DNA of 63,753 nucleotides, the filler included. It is 19 parts of 19 records of this genome, joined end to end, with 100 filler letters (N's around TTAATTAATTAA, not from the genome) between each part and the next. Parts side by side here need not be neighbours in the genome. Positions count along the whole stretch, not along the records: positions 22,058 to 26,646 come from SRR11831580_6736; positions 26,747 to 30,744 come from SRR11831580_6745; positions 30,845 to 33,017 come from SRR11831580_6750; positions 33,118 to 36,156 come from SRR11831580_6754; 15 more parts are not named here. One strand, 5' to 3'. The notes below the pieces were generated by a model. The model was not told the DNA's origin and searched no databases. It saw only the letters and a program-made list of their open reading frames with translations. Position 1 is the stretch's first letter, and each line of letters starts with the position of its first letter. Below, one piece after another: positions 24,273 through 36,256 of the stretch. The translations under genes and the position numbers were made by a program.

Positions 24273-25685
24273 TTACGGTACCGGATTGACCAACAGTTGC
24301 CCAATCGAGCCACGGTCCGCCATTTCCAGCGTCTGACTGTTGAAGTAGAACGGGAAGTGCGCCCAGGAAGGCTGACCGAAATAAACAAGCAGCTCCACTT
24401 GTCCGTCAACCCAAACGGTATCTTTCCAGCCTCTGTCTTCCGGGAACGGCATCGCGCCATTCACGTTACGGATCTGGAACATTACGCCTTCAATATGGAA
24501 CGCTTGCGGCTCGTCCGCGCGTACCGTCCAGCGTTCCCACGTTCCTTGCTGCGCGGTGACATCAATACGGTTGACGTCCCACAGCTGTCCATTAATACCC
24601 GGGTCATCACCCAGACTGATATCGCGACTGCGAATTGGCGAACCAGCCATGATTTCAGTTGGCAGCAAGCGCATCGGAAGACTGTCTGTGACCAGCGGCA
24701 GAAGGCCGGTTGGGCGCAGCGTTAGCACCAGGGTAGAAACCAGAATACTGGATGGCTCAAAGAAGCCACGAATACGATCAACAATGCTCGCCGCTTCGCC
24801 ACAGGTGATCGACACTTCATCGCCGTTGCTCATATCCACCAGAATCTCGCGGCGCTCGCCCGGTGCCAGCGAAAGTTGCTTCACCGATACAGGAGCAGGC
24901 AGGAATCCCTGATCGCCAGAAATCACATGTAACGGGCGACCATCGTTCATCTGTAGTTGATAGCGACGAGAGTTCGACGCGTTCAGCAGTCGCAAGCGCA
25001 CCCAGCCACGCGAGACTTCAACGTACGGGCTTTGTACACCGTTAACCAGCAGCGTATCACCAACAAAGCCGCCGCTTCCCGGTTCGTTGTATTCTGGCGT
25101 ACCAAAGTTATCCAGCCGTTTATCCTGGATAATGACCGGAAAATCATCCACACCATAATGGTTGGGGATAGGCAGCGACTTGCTGACTTCATCTTCCACC
25201 AGCCACATTCCGGCAAGGCCGTTATAGACCTACTGAGCCGTGCGGTTGGGAGTATTGGCGTGATACCACAGAGTAGCTGCGTTCTGGCGAATGGGCAGTA
25301 CGGGTGCCCAGTCAGCGTTTGGCGACATCATCCGTGCCGGACCGCCCATCAGCGGGCCTGGTACCTGTAGCCCGGCCACCGTCATTGAGACATTTTCTGT
25401 CAGGCGGTTGCTGTAAATAAGCTTAACATCGTCGCCCTTCCAGACGCGGATAGTCGGCCCCAGGTAACGACCATTGATTCCCCAGACCGACGCGCGTGTC
25501 CCTGGCGTAAATGACCAGTGCGCACGTTGTACAGTCATAAACAGCGGTTGCCCACGGCGAGATTCAAGTAGCGGCGGAACGGGTAGCGGTTGCTGTTGCC
25601 CGGCTGCGCTGGCCTTCAGGGGAACAGCGCCTGCACAAAGTGCAATCCCCGATGCCTGAATGAACTGACGCCGACTGAGTGACAT
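24273..25685 (-). pseudogene. ftsP: Cell division protein FtsP/SufI with an in-frame amber stop at codon 152 (25230-25232)
   Basis: Tat signal SRRQFI; both ORF pieces are in the same frame, separated by CAG TAG GTC. Confidence 0.9.
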
Positions 25686-25759
25686 ATTTGCTCCATGTAA
25701 AACTGGCTAAAGTAATACCGTGCAGGAAAGTGTTCCCCGCAAAAATACAGATTGCCGAC

Positions 25760-26496
25760 TTAAACTTTTCCGGCGGCTTCGCGTTCTGCGACTTCTTTAT
25801 CGAGCTCGGCGATTTTTTGTTCCATTATCGAACGACAATGGGCAGCCAGCTCACGAACCTGATCTTTGCCATACTGACTGACGTCAATTGGCGGCAGCAT
25901 TTCGACAATCACCAGACCGTTGTGCAGTCGATTAAGATTAATCTTATTCGAAGTTGTAGAGACGCACACGGGAATAATCGGGACGCCCGCCGCAATTGCC
26001 GCGTGAAATGCTCCAGTCTTGAACGGTAGCAGGCCGCGACCACGGCTGCGGGTTCCTTCCGGGAACATCCAGATGGAAATACGGCGTTTTTGAAGTGATT
26101 CACTACTTCCGCAATGGTGCCGTGAGCTTTAGTGCGATTGTTTCTGTCGATCAATAAGTTGCCGGTTAACCAGTACAACTGCCCGAAGAAGGGGATCCAC
26201 AGCAAGCTCTTTTTACCTACCGTCACCGTCGGCGGTTGCACGATGTTCGATGCTGTCACCATGTCATAGTTGTTCTGGTGGTTAGCGATATAGATAGCAT
26301 TGCCGTAGCTTTCAGCGTCTGTAGGTTTACGGCACTCAACTTTCAGGCCAAACAGCGGCGCAAGACGGCCAAACATATGCCCAAAGGTGGCCACATGTTT
26401 CGGGTTACGCGGGCTGAAAAGGCAGTAAATGGAGCCGAATACACAGACTAAGATGCTGTAAATCACGGTAATAATAAGACGAAAGATATATAGCAT
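25760..26496 (-). CDS. plsC: 1-acyl-glycerol-3-phosphate acyltransferase with 1-nt homopolymer frameshift at ~26087-26091
   Basis: NHQNNYD and FPEGTRS motifs split over two frames. Confidence 0.95.
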
Positions 26497-26746
26497 AACA
26501 CCCTCTGAAGGTCTGAGAGACTGGCATTGTACGTCACCTGAAATCAGGTTAGGGCATTGTTAAAAGCCGCTCTCTGGAAAAGCGTATTGTTAATCGCAAC
26601 GCATGAATAAACAACGGTTTCAAGGGAATTTTTATCGTTTCCGGGGNNNNNNNNNNNNNNNNNNNNNNNNNNNNNNNNNNNNNNNNNNNNTTAATTAATT
26701 AANNNNNNNNNNNNNNNNNNNNNNNNNNNNNNNNNNNNNNNNNNNN

Positions 26747-27389
26747 AGGCGGAATCGTGAGAAGAATTCCGTGTTGGGGCACGCACACACACAGTCCACC
26801 CAAGAACACTGCTCGCGCCCTGCTAAGCGGTTCTCTGTCCACGCGCTGTAGTAACAGGGACAGACGCACGCACCAAGACCTACAGAACAGAGACGAGACA
26901 GCGATAGAGTTGCATGATGAGCAAATAGATACGTACGGGAACGTAACAAAGAAGTAGAGACAAAGACACGTAACCGCATCATAAAGGAGGCACGCCTATT
27001 TCCCGTGAGGACCGAGAGCACAATGTCGCTGCGCACTGTCGAACACAGACACAGTCAGTGGACGCGCACGTACACGTAGAAACAGATCCGCGGCAGGAGA
27101 GAGGATAAATCCACGTTGGGTGTCGGTGACCGCGCAATCGAGCGGCACGACGCATATCAGAGACAGCGTACAGGCGCCACGACGCGACGTGGGGAAGAGG
27201 TGTTTGGCCATCGAAGAACAGAGGGCGGAAGAGATATTCATCGTTGTCGGCGATGAGTTTCCGAAAGCGACGATTGACCTGTACGACAGACACCAGCGTA
27301 TGCGGATTGCGTGCTTGTTGCAAAATGTACAGCCAGACATCTTCCGGAATTTCAAGATCCCAGCGAACTGGACTGCCAGTTGAATTCAT
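26747..27389 (-). CDS. Eukaryotic F-box protein, 3'-partial. Exon 27389-27074, 38-nt intron 27073-27036, next exon from 27035
   Basis: LEIPEDVWLYILQQA..LVSVVQVNRRFRKLI F-box pattern, then LRGH (possible WD40 start); GTACGT...CTGAC...CAG intron. Confidence 0.7.
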
Positions 27390-27678
27390 GTTGTTGGTTG
27401 CCCTCTGCATGCATAATATAATAATGCGGCTCGTACATCGGATTCGTGGACAGCAGAAAGTTTCAGCTGTCACGTTTTTGACTCCTTAAGTTTCACTTGC
27501 AAATGTCGCCACTGCACCAACTGGTGTCATGTACCCGTGACCCAAAACCTTTGAGACCGCTGTTCCTCGCAAAGTATCTGTATTTTGGTCTGTCGTGATC
27601 TACTAGATAAGGCGGTCCTGTTCGCCCTCACATTTACGTCTACATCATTATGAATCGTCACACGCCTTGTGATCCGAC

Positions 27679-30435
27679 ATGCATATAATTTCGTGGGCTC
27701 TGCTTGTAACAGTAGCTTTCACGAGCATCCTCGGGTCATTTGCTGGTATGAAACTGGTCTTCTTGCGGTGTATGTGCAAAACATGACCGCTCTCTCGATC
27801 GTAGTGACTGTCACATCGTTATCCGCCCGATTCGGTCCCACGACTGGCGGTACTGTTATCACTGTAACGGGTAGCGGTTTTGTAGCAGGAACTGTGTATT
27901 GTTCGTTTGGCGGTCCTGATATTGTAGGAGGGTACTTGACTGCATCGACCATCACCTGCACCGCTCCGGCCACCGCTGCAGGCACAGTTTACGTGGAAGC
28001 CAGGAACAACGGTGATGTCTACTCGACCAATTACGTTCCGTTCACCTTCTACAGTACGCTTTCTTTTTCCATCGCACGAATCTGCATCACCTGATGCGCC
28101 GTTGTCCCCTACAGCAATAACCATCTCAAATTACGCGCCACGCTCCAGTATCACCACGGGCGGTGCGCGTGTGACCATCACGGGGTCTGGGTTTTTGGTT
28201 TCCCCTTCGCTGCAGTGCATGTTCGGGGCGACGGTGGCTGCTGCGACGTGGACGTCCGTATCGACAGTGATGTGCACCGCCCCGGCCGCCAGTACGTAGT
28301 CGCGTTATCATGTTTTTGTTATTTTTATTTTCCCACATGGAAATGGTATTCGCTTGTTTGCAGGTGCACGTAGAGTAGTTTTATGTGGGGTGTTGTAGTG
28401 TGAAGGAGAGGAGGGTGTCGGGTATGTGACATGGTCCCCTTAATGACGATATCGTGTATAGGTGCCGGGGCCGTGGCGCTGTCTATCACCAACAACGCGC
28501 TGCAGTACACGTCGGTTGGCACCTTTACGTACAGTACGTACCCATAACAAATCACCTACTGCGCTGTTCTGATGTTTGGTCTCTGCGAAAAAATAGTGGT
28601 CTGCTGTTGAGTTGTTTGCGGGTAGTGTTGTTTGCAGATGTGAACTTCATCTGTATGTCAGCATGTGTTCATACCTGTTGTCCTGCGTGTATATTTCATG
28701 CCTTGTCTTTCTACCGCTACTGTGTGACTGATGTATGTGTGTTTGTGTTTGTGTAGCTGCGCTGCCCACCGCTACCGCTGTGAACCCTACTCGCGGTCTG
28801 ATCGGTATGTCACCGCGTTTGTGTGAGAGGGACAGAGAGAGTGTGTGTGTTTGTATATGCACGTGCTCGTTTTGCTGCTTGTGTATGCATGCGAGATGTT
28901 ATAGAGTGTCGTCGTGCATATTGGTTCGGTGGAGGATACTGAGGAAAGGCTATATATGGTTGCATTCTTCTTCCTTTCGTCCTACAGTGGTGATATCTGC
29001 TTGTTCTGCTATGTGTACATGTAAATTTGATTGACTCATCTTCTTTTCAGCGGGTGGAACGACGGTGTCTGTGACGGGGGCGAATTACGTGGCCGACCCG
29101 GAGTCTCAGTGCATATTTGGCAGTACGTCGCCTTTAGGTGTTGGTGTTGTGCGTCGCTTTCATGTATCTGGTGTTCGTATTTGCTTGACATAGAAGTGAG
29201 TGTTCGTACTCATGTGGATTTTGAGAGAGGGCTGATCATTATATATTTTGTAGCTATGTATACAGGTGCTACCTACGTCTCCGCCACAATTTACCGCTGC
29301 ATTTCACCGGCACAAGCTGCCGGTGCAGTAACGGTCAACGTGGCTAATAACGGCATATCATATTCCGCCAGCGCCCTCTCATTCACGTACAGTACGTCTG
29401 CTTGTCATACGGGAGTAAGTGTGTGTCATATTCGTCCTGTTCGAGCACGTGGTCTAACTTTCTTTCTCTGTTTTACAGCCGATGCGATTGTGACGTCTCT
29501 GAATGTCTTAACGGGCGTACTGGCCGGTGGCACAACCGTTACGGTGCAGGGCTCAGGGTTCGTGTCCTCGCCTGCGCCTGTTTGTAAAGTGGGGACCATC
29601 GCAGCTTCGTGCTCGTATTTCTCGGCCGCTGCTATCACAGTACGCGCTCCTGAATTTGTGTTTGTTTCTATGTATGTTCAAATGTATGTGATTGTGTGTG
29701 TTGGTGTGTTTTGTGTATCTGTGGTGCCATTTGTTACAGTGGATGGTGTAAGCTGCTGCATGTGGAGGTGTGACATTCTGCAAGTATGTTTCTCTATTCG
29801 CGTTCATATTTGTCTAACGGTGGTGTCGGGTAGTTGACAACCCCTGCGTATGGCTCCGCTGGCACACAACCGGTGGAGATATCTGTGGACGGTGGTCTTA
29901 CATATACGAACGACCGTGTCTTATTCACCTATGCGAGTACGGCCCTTGTGTTCATCTATAATAGCAGATACATGAATAAGTGGTGGCTCCGCGTGCGTTT
30001 ATTTGCTGTTCGTGTGAGTTAGTTTCGAATCAGTGTGTTGTATTCTGTATGCGCTTCTCATTCTGTGTTGTGTGTGTTACTTTTTCTTCCAGCTCCCACG
30101 ATGTCAGGTCTAGCTCCAGCGTACGGTCCTACCACAGGGGGTACCGTGGTCACCATCACGGGGACAAACTTTTATGCGGTACGCTTGCTTACACACGTAC
30201 ACACACACGATAGTGTTGTCTCTTGTTCGAAGGGTTCATAAGGTGTTTATCCATATCACCTCCACATTGGGATCCCGCTTTCTCGTGGTCGGGATGCTCA
30301 TCGTCATCTCCCTCAGCTAACGTGTGTTCTGTGTGTCACAGACTGCGCTGACTCGATGTCTGTTTGGCACGGTGCCTCTGGTGGCGACTGCAGTCTCGTC
30401 CACCATCATTCAATGCACAGCGCCCGCCGTCGCTG
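27679..30435 (+). CDS. Eukaryotic secreted or cell-surface IPT/TIG-repeat protein, 3'-partial. Exons 27679-27745, 27805-28053, 28115-28291, 28462-28533, 28757-28804, 29051-29122, 29254-29391, 29479-29639, 29834-29936, 30093-30178, 30342-30435
   Basis: Signal peptide MHIISWALLVTVAFTSILGSFA, then five repeats of GG-T-V-T-x-x-G-x-x-F...C-x-FG...C-T-A-P...F-T-Y; all ten junctions GT-AG and phase-consistent. Confidence 0.88.
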
Positions 30436-30724
30436 GTACGGACCCTGAACCATGTGACAAAGGGGAAGGAAATGGTGGTGTTCGGTTGTGCGTGTGTGTG
30501 TGTGGTGGGTTGAATATGCGGGATATTTCGGATACGTGTGAGAACGTTAGTGCTGCCGACTTTTGGATGTCGCTGTTTGTTTCGATCCTTTAATATTGGT
30601 ATCGTGTGCATCACCTGATTTGACTCGTGGGATTGCATTGAAGTCACGAGTTCTTACGGCCGTGCTGGGTGTTGTTGTCGTTTCATCCGTGTGTGCGTGT
30701 GGTGTTTCTGTATCTGTATCTGTA

Positions 30725-30744
30725 TGTGTGTGTGTGTGTGTGTG
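30725..30744. repeat. (TG)n microsatellite at contig break
   Basis: Run of TG directly before the spacer. Confidence 0.85.
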
Positions 30745-30844
30745 NNNNNNNNNNNNNNNNNNNNNNNNNNNNNNNNNNNNNNNNNNNNTTAATTAATTAA
30801 NNNNNNNNNNNNNNNNNNNNNNNNNNNNNNNNNNNNNNNNNNNN

Positions 30845-30872
30845 GGATAAGGCGTTCACGCCGCATCCGACA
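30845..30872. repeat. REP element fragment. Others at contig ends: ~33118-33143, 39877-39901, 40002-40030, 42373-42400
   Basis: GGATAAGGCGTTCACGCCGCATCCG(A/G)CA consensus. Confidence 0.9.
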
Positions 30873-30911
30873 TTAATGGCACGTTTTACCCGTGCGCATC
30901 GCATCTGGTGC

Positions 30912-31832
30912 TTACTCGCCCTTTTTCGCCGCCTGAATATACAGCATTTCCAGCGCCAGCGTTGCCGCTGCCAGAGCAGTGATTTCCGACTGATCGTATG
31001 CCGGAGCCACTTCCACTACGTCCATCCCAACAATGTTGAGATCTTTCAGGCCGCGTACCAGTTTAATAGCGCGATCGGAGGTCAGGCCGCCAATCACTGG
31101 CGTACCGGTGCCTGGTGCAAAAGCAGGATCCAGGCAGTCGATATCAAAAGTCAGGTAAACCGGCATATCACCCACAATCTGTTTCACTTGGGCGATAACG
31201 TCATCCACGCTGCGATCGTTCACCTGGCAGGCGTCCAGCACGGTAAAGCCGTTGTCTTTATCAAACTCGGTACGAATACCAATCTGCACGGAATGATTCG
31301 GGTCGATCAGACCTTCTTTCGGCGCGGTATAGAACATAGTGCCGTGGTCAAATTCACAACCGTTCGCATAGGTATCGGTGTGGGCGTCAAAGTGTACCAG
31401 CGCCATTTTGCCGAAATGCTTCGCATGAGCACGCAGCAGCGGCAGCGTAACAAAGTGGTCACCACCGAAAGAGAGCATACGCTTACCGGCAGCCAGCAGC
31501 TTCTCGGCGTGCGCCTGCAGCTTTTCGCTCATCTCACGGGCATCGCCAAAGGCATATACCAGATCGCCGCAGTCCACGACGTTCAGACGCTCACGCATGT
31601 CGAAATTCCACGGGAAGCGGTTGTGTTCCCAGGCCAGATTCGTCGAAACCTGACGGATCGCTGCCGGACCGTGGCGACCACCCGCACGACCAGAAGTGGC
31701 CATATCGAACGGCACGCCAGTAATCACCCAGTCTGCATCGCTGTCATACGGCTGGAAGTTCATCGGCAGGCGTAAAAAACCAAAGGCATTGGAAACCAGT
31801 GAGTTATCGTATTGATGACCTAAGGTGCTCAT
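30912..31832 (-). CDS. speB: Agmatinase
   Basis: 306 aa; GGDH, DAHTD, DIDCLD. Confidence 0.97.
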   Translation of the reverse strand: MSTLGHQYDNSLVSNAFGFLRLPMNFQPYDSDADWVITGVPFDMATSGRAGGRHGPAAIRQVSTNLAWEHNRFPWNFDMRERLNVVDCGDLVYAFGDAREMSEKLQAHAEKLLAAGKRMLSFGGDHFVTLPLLRAHAKHFGKMALVHFDAHTDTYANGCEFDHGTMFYTAPKEGLIDPNHSVQIGIRTEFDKDNGFTVLDACQVNDRSVDDVIAQVKQIVGDMPVYLTFDIDCLDPAFAPGTGTPVIGGLTSDRAIKLVRGLKDLNIVGMDVVEVAPAYDQSEITALAAATLALEMLYIQAAKKGE

Positions 31833-31969
31833 GGATGGACTCCTATTACAAAGTCGATATAAAAAAACCCTTCCGCGTCGTTAGGCCCGACGAGGAAGGG
31901 TTGGATTTGTCACAATAAATTGTGGCGGATTATCACCGCTAAATTAAGCGGATTCAAGTAACACAGGAC

Positions 31970-33017
31970 TTACTCATCTTCAAGATAAGTATAACCGTAC
32001 AAACCTGCCTCGAACTCTTCAAGGAACTGTTGTTGCAGTTCAGCATCAAGATCGGTTTTCTTCACTTGATCGCGGAACTGGGTTAACAGCGTTTTCGGAT
32101 CGAGCTGTACATATTGCAGCATGTCCGCCACGGTATCGCCTTCGTCAGACAGTTCTACTTCTACGCTACCGTCAGGGAAGACGAACACGTCAACCGCTTC
32201 GGTATCACCGAACAGGTTGTGCATGTTGCCGAGGATCTCCTGATATGCGCCGACCATAAAGAAACCGAGCATCGGCGGATTCTCTGGATCGTACTCCGGC
32301 ATTGGCATTGTCGTGGCAATACCGTCACCATCAATATAGTGGTCGATAGCACCGTCAGAGTCACAGGTAATATCCAGCAGCACAGCGCGACGTTCCGGCA
32401 CTTGATCCAGCCCTTCCAGCGGCAGAACCGGGAACAACTGGTCGATCCCCCATGCGTCCGGCATCGACTGGAACAGCGAGAAGTTGACGTACATTTTGTC
32501 CGCCATACGTTCCTGCAGCTCGTCGATAATCGGACGATGAGCACGGTTTTGCGGATCCAGCTGCTTTTGCACTTCATGGCACATGCTCAAATAAAGCTGC
32601 TCAGCCCATGCACGTTCTTGCAGGCTAAAGATGCCGGAAGAGTAGCCGATATGAATGTCGTGCAGATCCATCTGACTGTCGTGTAACCATTCACGCAGAG
32701 AACGGCGAGTTCCCGGTTCGTGCATCTCCTGCCAGGTTTCCCACATGCTTTGCAGCGCGCGCGGCGCATCTTCTGCAGGCGCGGTCGGCACCGTGTATTC
32801 GTTACGTTCCACGCCGATGATATTAGACACCAGCACGGTGTGATGCGCAGTCACCGCACGACCCGATTCGGTGATTACCGTCGGATGCGGCAGACCGTTT
32901 TCTTCACACGCATCGCCAATCGCCCAGATAATGTTGTTGGCGTATTCATTGAGGCCGTAGTTCACCGAACAGTCGGACTGCGAACGAGTACCTTCATAAT
33001 CCACGCCCAGACCGCCG
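31970..33017 (-). CDS. speA: Biosynthetic arginine decarboxylase, 5'-partial
   Basis: [16 protein letters not shown], ends YTYLEDE. Confidence 0.96.
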
Positions 33018-33179
33018 NNNNNNNNNNNNNNNNNNNNNNNNNNNNNNNNNNNNNNNNNNNNTTAATTAATTAANNNNNNNNNNNNNNNNNNNNNNNNNNN
33101 NNNNNNNNNNNNNNNNNATAAGGCGTTCACGCCGCATCCGGCAAAAATTTGATTAACCGCACCTAACGGACACAACACC

Positions 33180-33953
33180 ATGAAATCTGCCACCTCTGCG
33201 CAAAGACCTTACCAGGAAGTCGGGGCGATGATCCGCGATCTGATCATAAAGACGCCGTACAATCCTGGCGAACGGCTGCCGCCGGAGCGTGAAATTGCAG
33301 AAATGCTTGATGTCACGCGGACGGTGGTACGTGAAGCGCTGATCATGCTGGAGATCAAAGGGCTGGTGGAAGTACGCCGGGGTGCCGGTATCTATGTTCT
33401 TGATAACTCAGGCAGCCAGAACACAGACAGTCCGGATGCCAACGTCTGCAACGATGCCGGTCCTTTTGAGCTGTTACAGGCGCGGCAGTTATTGGAGAGC
33501 AACATCGCCGAGTTTGCCGCTTTGCAGGCTACCCGCGAAGATATCGTCAAAATGCGTCAGGCATTGCAACTGGAAGAGCGTGAACTGGCTTCCAGTGCGC
33601 CGGGCAGCAGCGAAAGCGGTGACATGCAGTTCCATCTCGCTATTGCCGAAGCAACGCATAACAGCATGCTGGTGGAGCTGTTCCGTCAGTCCTGGCAGTG
33701 GCGGGAAAACAATCCAATGTGGATCCAGTTGCACAGCCATCTGGATGACAGCCTGTATCGCAAAGAGTGGTTGGGCGATCACAAACAGATCCTCGCCGCG
33801 TTAATCAAAAAAGATGCCCGAGCGGCGAAGCTGGCAATGTGGCAGCATCTGGAAAACGTTAAGCAACGTCTGCTGGAATTCTCGAACGTTGACGATATTT
33901 ATTTTGATGGCTATCTGTTTGATTCATGGCCGCTGGATAAAGTCGACGCCTGA
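33180..33953 (+). CDS. uxuR: GntR/FadR-family hexuronate repressor
   Basis: 257 aa, LPPEREIAEMLDVTRTVVREAL; order uxuR-yjiC-iraD. Confidence 0.93.
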   Translation: MKSATSAQRPYQEVGAMIRDLIIKTPYNPGERLPPEREIAEMLDVTRTVVREALIMLEIKGLVEVRRGAGIYVLDNSGSQNTDSPDANVCNDAGPFELLQARQLLESNIAEFAALQATREDIVKMRQALQLEERELASSAPGSSESGDMQFHLAIAEATHNSMLVELFRQSWQWRENNPMWIQLHSHLDDSLYRKEWLGDHKQILAALIKKDARAAKLAMWQHLENVKQRLLEFSNVDDIYFDGYLFDSWPLDKVDA

Positions 33954-34093
33954 CTTATTATAATAAGCGCAAGGGTAAACGTTCCTTGCGCTTTCTTAAA
34001 TTAAGAAGTCGCAATGAGTATTACTTTGTAAATTGCAGGGTATTGTTTAGCTATCTGTATAACCTGAATGTTAGTACTCATTCTTCCTGGTAG

Positions 34094-34924
34094 TTATTTA
34101 CCAATATAATTCCATTCACCATTTTTTAATTCAAACAGTTCTGGAAGAGATGACGGTTGCAGAGTCATACGTTTGAGTGGTGCATTTTCATCACCCGGGA
34201 TAACTTTATATCCCATTTTTGCATGGATCTCCGCGGTACCGGGATAGGCTTCTATACCAATTATTGGGTCATTACCCAACTCAATATTAGCATTAAGTAA
34301 TGCGGCAAGGGCGAATCCGGAAGAATTTGCTACCCCTGTTACCGTCATTATCTGATCAATATAGATATCAATCCTTGGCTGCTCATTGGTCCATCTTTTT
34401 GCCTGAGAAGCTGGAAGGGTTGAAATATATCCTATCGTGGTTCCGGCATAACCAGGAACATTGCAACCAGGGCCTAATGTTATTTCATGAACTGTATAGT
34501 CCTCAACAGGATCGAAAGGGCTCTTCATAAATAAATTTAGCCGTAAACCTTCTGCTAACTCTGTGGTAGCATGCGCCTTTTTACATATGCCACCATATAT
34601 TTCGTCTAAAGCTGAGGTGATTTTCAAGTTCCGATAGAGCATACGTCCTGTTGTTGTAATACCATCGGATTCTCTGCATGCTCCTGTCACATAATTAAAT
34701 GGCCAAGGCTCTTTACTAATATCAAGTTTTCTAATTTCGACAACGCTTTTTCCATCGTAATTATGGTTATTGCCACGAGTAAGAGGCGGAAGATAGATGT
34801 TTTCCGAATCCATGCGTGCATATTTTAATTTACGTGTAAACTCACTGTCGACTATTGGGTGATGAAGGAAGTGAGCATCTGTAATAATTTGACTCTGAAG
34901 GGCATTGCTTAATGGCATAGACAT
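34094..34924 (-). CDS. yjiC: Uncharacterised AT-rich protein
   Basis: 276 aa ORF between uxuR and iraD. Confidence 0.85.
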   Translation of the reverse strand: MSMPLSNALQSQIITDAHFLHHPIVDSEFTRKLKYARMDSENIYLPPLTRGNNHNYDGKSVVEIRKLDISKEPWPFNYVTGACRESDGITTTGRMLYRNLKITSALDEIYGGICKKAHATTELAEGLRLNLFMKSPFDPVEDYTVHEITLGPGCNVPGYAGTTIGYISTLPASQAKRWTNEQPRIDIYIDQIMTVTGVANSSGFALAALLNANIELGNDPIIGIEAYPGTAEIHAKMGYKVIPGDENAPLKRMTLQPSSLPELFELKNGEWNYIGK

Positions 34925-35177
34925 AATAGTTACCTTTTATGAGTATTTCACTGATGTTTAGAAAAATAGATAAATTTTTCTGTAGTAAAAAGAGAAGTAA
35001 ACAAATGACATGCATGTTTCTGTTGTAGTGATATCAACTCTACACGGTGATATTAAAGGGTAGGAAACACTCTAAAGTATCAAAAAACGCTCATTTAAAA
35101 TTATTTGCATGCAATTTAAAAGCATATCTTATTACTAATTGGAATTTGATGTTGCTATATTGAGGTCTATATTAATA

Positions 35178-35279
35178 ATGCCTGTGAATGGTATTTTTGA
35201 TGTATTTGATATGTTATCAATTTATATTATTTACAAACTAATTGTTTCAAATAATACATGGCTGATTATGCGGAAATAA
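35178..35279 (+). CDS. ytiC: Small protein (33 aa)
   Basis: MPVNGIFDVFDMLSIYIIYKLIVSNNTWLIMRK*; name recalled from K-12 annotation. Confidence 0.5.
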   Translation: MPVNGIFDVFDMLSIYIIYKLIVSNNTWLIMRK

Positions 35280-35517
35280 ATAATTTCCCACCGGAATTAA
35301 GTAGCAGCGGTGACAAGTATTTTCATCTACGTAACTATTCGGAATATTCAGAATATACTAGCGGTTTTTTTTTGAGTTTTGATGATTTTTATCAAATCAT
35401 GACTTTTTTCCTGAAAAGTCAGTAGATATTCATAGGCAAGTAAGGTTTTATACTTTGCTGACAGGATTCAGGCCTGTCTCAGACTGACATGGATGTAATG
35501 AACAAAAGGGAATGGCT

Positions 35518-35601
35518 ATGGAAAATGAGCATCAATACAGTGGTGCCCGGTGTTCAGGGCAAGCCGCATATGTTGCTAAACGTCAGGAGTGCGCAAAATG
35601 A
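35518..35601 (+). CDS. idlP: iraD leader peptide (27 aa)
   Basis: [27 protein letters not shown]; stop overlaps iraD start (ATGA). Confidence 0.75.
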   Translation: MENEHQYSGARCSGQAAYVAKRQECAK

Positions 35602-35990
35602 TGCGACAATCACTTCAGGCTGTTTTACCTGAAATTTCAGGCAATAAAACGTCATCGCTGCGTAAATCGGTATGCAGCGATCTCCTCACTCTTTTTAATT
35701 CTCCTCATTCGGCATTACCGTCATTACTTGTTTCAGGCATGCCCGAGTGGCAAGTGCATAACCCGAGCGACAAACATCTCCAGAGCTGGTATTGCCGTCA
35801 GCTGCGTTCTGCACTGTTATTTCATGAGCCACGGATTGCGGCGTTGCAGGTTAATTTGAAAGAAGCGTACTGCCACACTCTGGCGATCAGCCTTGAGATA
35901 ATGCTGTACCACGACGATGAACCGCTAACGTTTGATCTGGTCTGGGATAATGGCGGTTGGCGCAGTGCGACGCTGGAGAATGTCAGCTAA
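35598..35990 (+). CDS. iraD: RssB anti-adaptor
   Basis: [12 protein letters not shown]..., 130 aa. Confidence 0.9.
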   Translation: MMRQSLQAVLPEISGNKTSSLRKSVCSDLLTLFNSPHSALPSLLVSGMPEWQVHNPSDKHLQSWYCRQLRSALLFHEPRIAALQVNLKEAYCHTLAISLEIMLYHDDEPLTFDLVWDNGGWRSATLENVS

Positions 35991-36156
35991 GCACAATCTC
36001 CAGCTCGCGCAGTTCACGCCAGAAGCGTTCGGCAACGGGATTCATGCGGGTATTCATCCGGTATGCATAGGCCTGAATCGGGATCACCAGTTCGTCCCGA
36101 TTCAGTACAACGAGCTTCCCGCTGCGAATTTCTTGTTGGATGGCGTACTCCGGCAG
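35983..36156 (-). CDS. hypT: LysR-family regulator HypT, 3' end only
   Basis: [20 protein letters not shown]; overlaps the iraD end convergently. Confidence 0.75.
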   Translation of the reverse strand: MPEYAIQQEIRSGKLVVLNRDELVIPIQAYAYRMNTRMNPVAERFWRELRELEIVLS

Positions 36157-36256
36157 NNNNNNNNNNNNNNNNNNNNNNNNNNNNNNNNNNNNNNNNNNNN
36201 TTAATTAATTAANNNNNNNNNNNNNNNNNNNNNNNNNNNNNNNNNNNNNNNNNNNN

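Noticed and set aside
35258-35425. Small ORF (ytiD-like) upstream of iraD
   Set aside because: Its end depends on the length of a T-run that is unreliable in this data.
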